Source of the DNA: Babesia bigemina
Taxonomy: Eukaryota
Length of the DNA stretch: 64,000 bases
Assembly: GCF_000981445.1 (NCBI RefSeq)
Contig: NC_027216.1
Coordinates: forward strand, 186,001 to 250,000
Direction: 5' to 3'
Shown: positions 60,577 through 64,000 of the stretch, one piece after another
Layout of the letters: the number at the start of each line of letters is the position of its first letter
Numbering within the stretch: position 1 is the first letter of the stretch
The notes under the pieces: model-generated
Seen by the model: only the letters and a program-made list of their open reading frames with translations
What the model was told of the DNA's origin: nothing
Databases searched by the model: none
Position numbers and translations under genes: made by a program

Positions 60577-61629
60577 ATGTTTAACAACCTAGTCAACCTG
60601 GTCGCAGGTGGAAGGGCCACCGACGAAAGCATCAGCGACCGAGGCACACATACGTTACACACCCGGAGATCTGACACAAAGGCGGCAGTGCCGAATGCCG
60701 CAACGCAGTCTGGTGCCCAAAATAACGACCACAGCGCCGATAAAGTACACGATGAGGAGTACATGGCCAAGGTGGAGGAGCGCGTATCAAGCTACCTGGA
60801 GCGGATGCAGACGGATCACGCGAACGGCACATTCAATCGCATACAGCGGAAGGATGGTGGGTCGAAGGTCACGTCCTGGCAGCACCTGCACAAGACAACG
60901 GCGCATAACACGCATGTCTACTTCGGCGGTGCGCCGCTCGGGCACAGCATAGAGGTGGTGACGCTGAAGCGAAACGAGATACGTGCACGAAAGGAGATGG
61001 CGAAGCTGGAGGAGGAGCTTCGGAAATCCACGGAGAGGATAGAAGAGCTCACCGACAGACACAGCAGCGACTTCCACAAATACGAGCTCGCCCTCGGGAA
61101 GGCGCTTGCTTTGGGACGCGGGTGCACGCTTATCGCCGATCTCATCAGCCAACACGTGCTCAACAGCAAGAGGCAATTCTTCAGCGCCCTGCGACAAAGC
61201 CGCAGCATGCTGCTGCAGAAGAGGCTCGACGAGCAGGCAAAGGCGTCCCGGAAGCAACACAAGCTCGCCACGTTGGTCCTAGTTAGACACATCACGAAGA
61301 TGCTGGGGCCGTCAATAAAGGCGGTGCTCCGCATCATGCGCTGCGAGTGGTCGGACAGGATGCATACCGGGCGCAGCGCGGTCGCTGGCCTGATGAAATC
61401 GCAAAAGTACATCGTGCCCCAGCCCGTCAACGCCATGGCCAAAAAGGGTGCGCAAATCAAGCAACTGAAGAATTTCGACAACCCGGATGAACGCACATTC
61501 GTAAGTTGTATCGCGTTTATTTATACTGTAGCGCAGGCCTCCGTCGAGCAGTCCCTGCTCACGCGGCTGGAAAACCTGGTCGCCGAGGAAATGCATATGC
61601 TGACAACTGCCAGGGTCGTGCACACCTAG
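60577..61629 (+). CDS. Hypothetical coiled-coil protein
   Basis: 350-aa ORF with a central heptad region and a probable in-frame intron at 61501-61536. Confidence 0.6.
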   Translation: MFNNLVNLVAGGRATDESISDRGTHTLHTRRSDTKAAVPNAATQSGAQNNDHSADKVHDEEYMAKVEERVSSYLERMQTDHANGTFNRIQRKDGGSKVTSWQHLHKTTAHNTHVYFGGAPLGHSIEVVTLKRNEIRARKEMAKLEEELRKSTERIEELTDRHSSDFHKYELALGKALALGRGCTLIADLISQHVLNSKRQFFSALRQSRSMLLQKRLDEQAKASRKQHKLATLVLVRHITKMLGPSIKAVLRIMRCEWSDRMHTGRSAVAGLMKSQKYIVPQPVNAMAKKGAQIKQLKNFDNPDERTFVSCIAFIYTVAQASVEQSLLTRLENLVAEEMHMLTTARVVHT

Positions 61630-62770
61630 GGCAGACTCAAGGCCTCCTGTAGCACTGCTGCGATTTGTACGCGGGACGTGCAGCTATGCAAGTGCTCTAT
61701 CAGGTATGCATGTGCTTTCGCGTCCGGCGGGTCTAGAATGAAGCTGAGCTTGCCGGAGCCAACGTCTTGGACGCGCAGCACTCTGCGGCTGCCCTCGAGC
61801 GTGTACTCATAAACGATGTAGTCCAGCCCCTCGTCGACGACCTTCAGCGGACTGGCGTCGAGGGCCGCAAGCAACTGCGACGCGGTGGCGGACCTGCGAC
61901 CGATCGAGTGTACCGCAAGGAGAACGAACCTGTAGATCGCCTTTTTCATCGACGACTCGTTGTCAATCTCCACTGCGGATGAATATGGCGATTGGCTTGC
62001 ATTGAGATCTGCTTGACGCAGCACCTCAGTGAGCCGCTGGGCCTCGGCGGATGCCATTGCGATTTCGTAATCTAGTTGTTCCAACTGCGATTCGTTTTGG
62101 TTGATTGTGGTAATCAGGGATGAGTGCTGTTGCAAGAGGTTGTCTCGCACAGACCGCTGCGAGGAGAGCAAGGCGATCCGGCCCTCGTCGTCTGCTTTCA
62201 GAAACGACAGGGTGCTGCTCGCCGTTATGTCGGCGTTCTCAAGGAACAGGATGGCTTCATTAGCTTCGCGCTGCAGTTCCGAGATCATGCGCTCCAATTC
62301 GGGGCCTCCGTTGTTGCCAACGACGGACGTAAAAGCCTAACACCGACTTGTGGCAGGGCAATAATAGTGATGAAACCATCGCATCTAATCATATGCAGCT
62401 GATTTGTGTAACGCGTTGTACATTCCCCGTTAAAGCACAAATGCTTCTCTGGCACCATATGCGGCACATGCCGCTAGGGAGGTGCAGACACTTGCACATT
62501 TAGGCGTTGAAAGGTGGATACACATCAAGCTCTCCATCCACACTAATGCACCCATGAATGCAGCCGTGGAATGGCATGAATGTAGTATAACAGCACGTCG
62601 ATGTTGCCAGATGCAAATCAGACCTACCTTCTCGAAACGCTCATCGTTCTCAGAGCTCTCCGGTGATAGAAAGCCGATTAAGTCATCCAGAGCGGCTACC
62701 AAGTCCCTGCAAATGCTACAGACACCACTGTTTGTCTTACCTGCAATGTGTAACCAGACCAGTGGAATCA
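61626..62770 (-). CDS. Hypothetical coiled-coil protein with small C-terminal globular domain (start uncertain)
   Basis: ORF 61626-62297 extends to an acceptor near 62338. The upstream exon DLVAALDDLIGFLSPESSENDERFEK ends at a gtaggt donor near 62628. Confidence 0.55.
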
Positions 62771-63178
62771 TCGGCGTCGGCTGCAAACGATTGGCGCAAG
62801 GCAAATACACATCTAAGCTCAAAGCGCGGCTTCGAACTCACTTAATACTTCCAGAAGCTCGTTGAGGCGCCGTCTGGCTTGGCTCAGAGCCTCGGCATGT
62901 GGCCCATCGGTCATGGTAGAGAACGCACATCACCGTCATACGCAACACCGTTAACCGAAAAGCTTAAATGGACGACTACGCGTCATGGTCGATCTGCTGG
63001 ATGCTGCAAGCGCAGTTTTCGCGCAATGTGGTCGGAATGTGACCACGCGCCAATTCGCGTACACACCTGAGCAGCTTTAACTGGGGCGTCACTGAGAATT
63101 TTATATCGCTTCTATATGCGTAGAGGTGTTCTCAACAAGCTTGTATGTCATTTTACTAGGCTTTCGTCATCGCGAACT

Positions 63179-64000
63179 ATGGTGGGACTTACTACGGGCG
63201 CGCCAACTGCCGCGCTTATGAAGCTCGCGGAGGAGCGCTCCAGCAAGACCTTGGAATCAACGCAGCCGAGGTACGAGCGTATCGGCCGCTTGCTGACCAT
63301 TTTGGGTGCTGCGAGTGGAGGGAACAGCCGCGTTCCCATCTCTGTCCACCTTTCCGATATTTACGGCAAGACCAAGCTCGGTGATGTCTATGACATTCAC
63401 AGCGGCATGCGGCCTATCAAGCACGCCGAGTTCGAGGCGCTGCGCCTCGGTACAAGCGCCGCCCAGACCGAGCTGCCAACGATTTCCGTCGCCGGGTGGT
63501 GCAAAACCGTACGTATGCAGAATGCCGGGAAGCTGGGATTCGTCATCATCAACGACGGCAGCTGCAAGGCCGATTTGCAGGTCATAGTACACGAGGGAGC
63601 CATTGGACACGACATCGTGAGCAAGTGCACCGCCGGCACGACCGCCAGCGTGAAGGGCATCCTGGTGGAGAGGCCTCCCAAGGCAGCAGCCGCCCAGGAC
63701 GCGCCAAAGGAGGAAACGCTTGAGGCGATTGCACAGAAATACGAAGTGCATGTGTGCTCATTCGAGGGACATCGCTTTGAAATCATCGGCGAGAATCGCG
63801 ACGCCGCAAAGTACCCGATTGCCAAGAAGTACATCACGCATGAATTCCTGCGTGAGGTCGCCCACCTCAGGCCCAGGAGCTACTTCATCAGCGCCGTGAT
63901 GAGAGTGAGGAGCGCGTTGGCCATGGCTACGCACACCTACTTCCAGAGGCTCGGGTGCATCTATCTCAGCACGCCGCTCATCACGACGACGGACTGCGAA
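63179..64000 (+). CDS. NARS: Asparagine-tRNA ligase, 5' part (runs off window)
   Basis: Manual translation: VAGWCKTVR..FVIINDGS..LQVIV (OB fold), KYPIAKK..EFLREVAHLRPRS..AVMRVRS..TPLITTTDCE (motif 1 region). Confidence 0.93.
   Translation, partial: MVGLTTGAPTAALMKLAEERSSKTLESTQPRYERIGRLLTILGAASGGNSRVPISVHLSDIYGKTKLGDVYDIHSGMRPIKHAEFEALRLGTSAAQTELPTISVAGWCKTVRMQNAGKLGFVIINDGSCKADLQVIVHEGAIGHDIVSKCTAGTTASVKGILVERPPKAAAAQDAPKEETLEAIAQKYEVHVCSFEGHRFEIIGENRDAAKYPIAKKYITHEFLREVAHLRPRSYFISAVMRVRSALAMATHTYFQRLGCIYLSTPLITTTDCE

Noticed and set aside
62360..62405. Box C/D-like GTGATGA...CTGA
   Set aside because: Only ~35 nt apart, no terminal stem, and antisense to the host intron; too weak for a snoRNA call.

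Overview
Gene-dense, GC-rich eukaryotic DNA with many very short (mostly 35-42 nt) GT-AG introns. Gene content and intron size fit an apicomplexan piroplasm, probably Babesia (inference). About 25 protein-coding loci are visible. Most are housekeeping: MTG1/RbgA GTPase, UBE3C-like HECT ligase, RPA32, Tel2-like, WDR55-like, eIF4E, ATM1/HMT1-type ABC half-transporter, UTP12/DIP2, PIG-H, DPM1, an OTU deubiquitinase, a PHD-ELM2 protein, a NIF/CTD phosphatase and a partial Asn-tRNA synthetase. No tRNA, rRNA, mobile element or CRISPR array could be supported. Best candidates for novelty: (1) a 4-exon gene at 565-3463 that appears to join a NEURL4-type ADP-ribosyltransferase fold, two HARP-like modules and tandem BRCT domains; (2) a neighbouring signal-peptide protein with three degenerate SprT-like repeats; (3) a Yar1-like ankyrin/METTL21-type methyltransferase fusion; (4) an AT-richer island (about 28.3-33.3 kb) holding a 6-Cys (s48/45)-like gene and a broken tandem-repeat gene. 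All domain calls are by-eye motif recognition and all splice models are manual. No searches were run.
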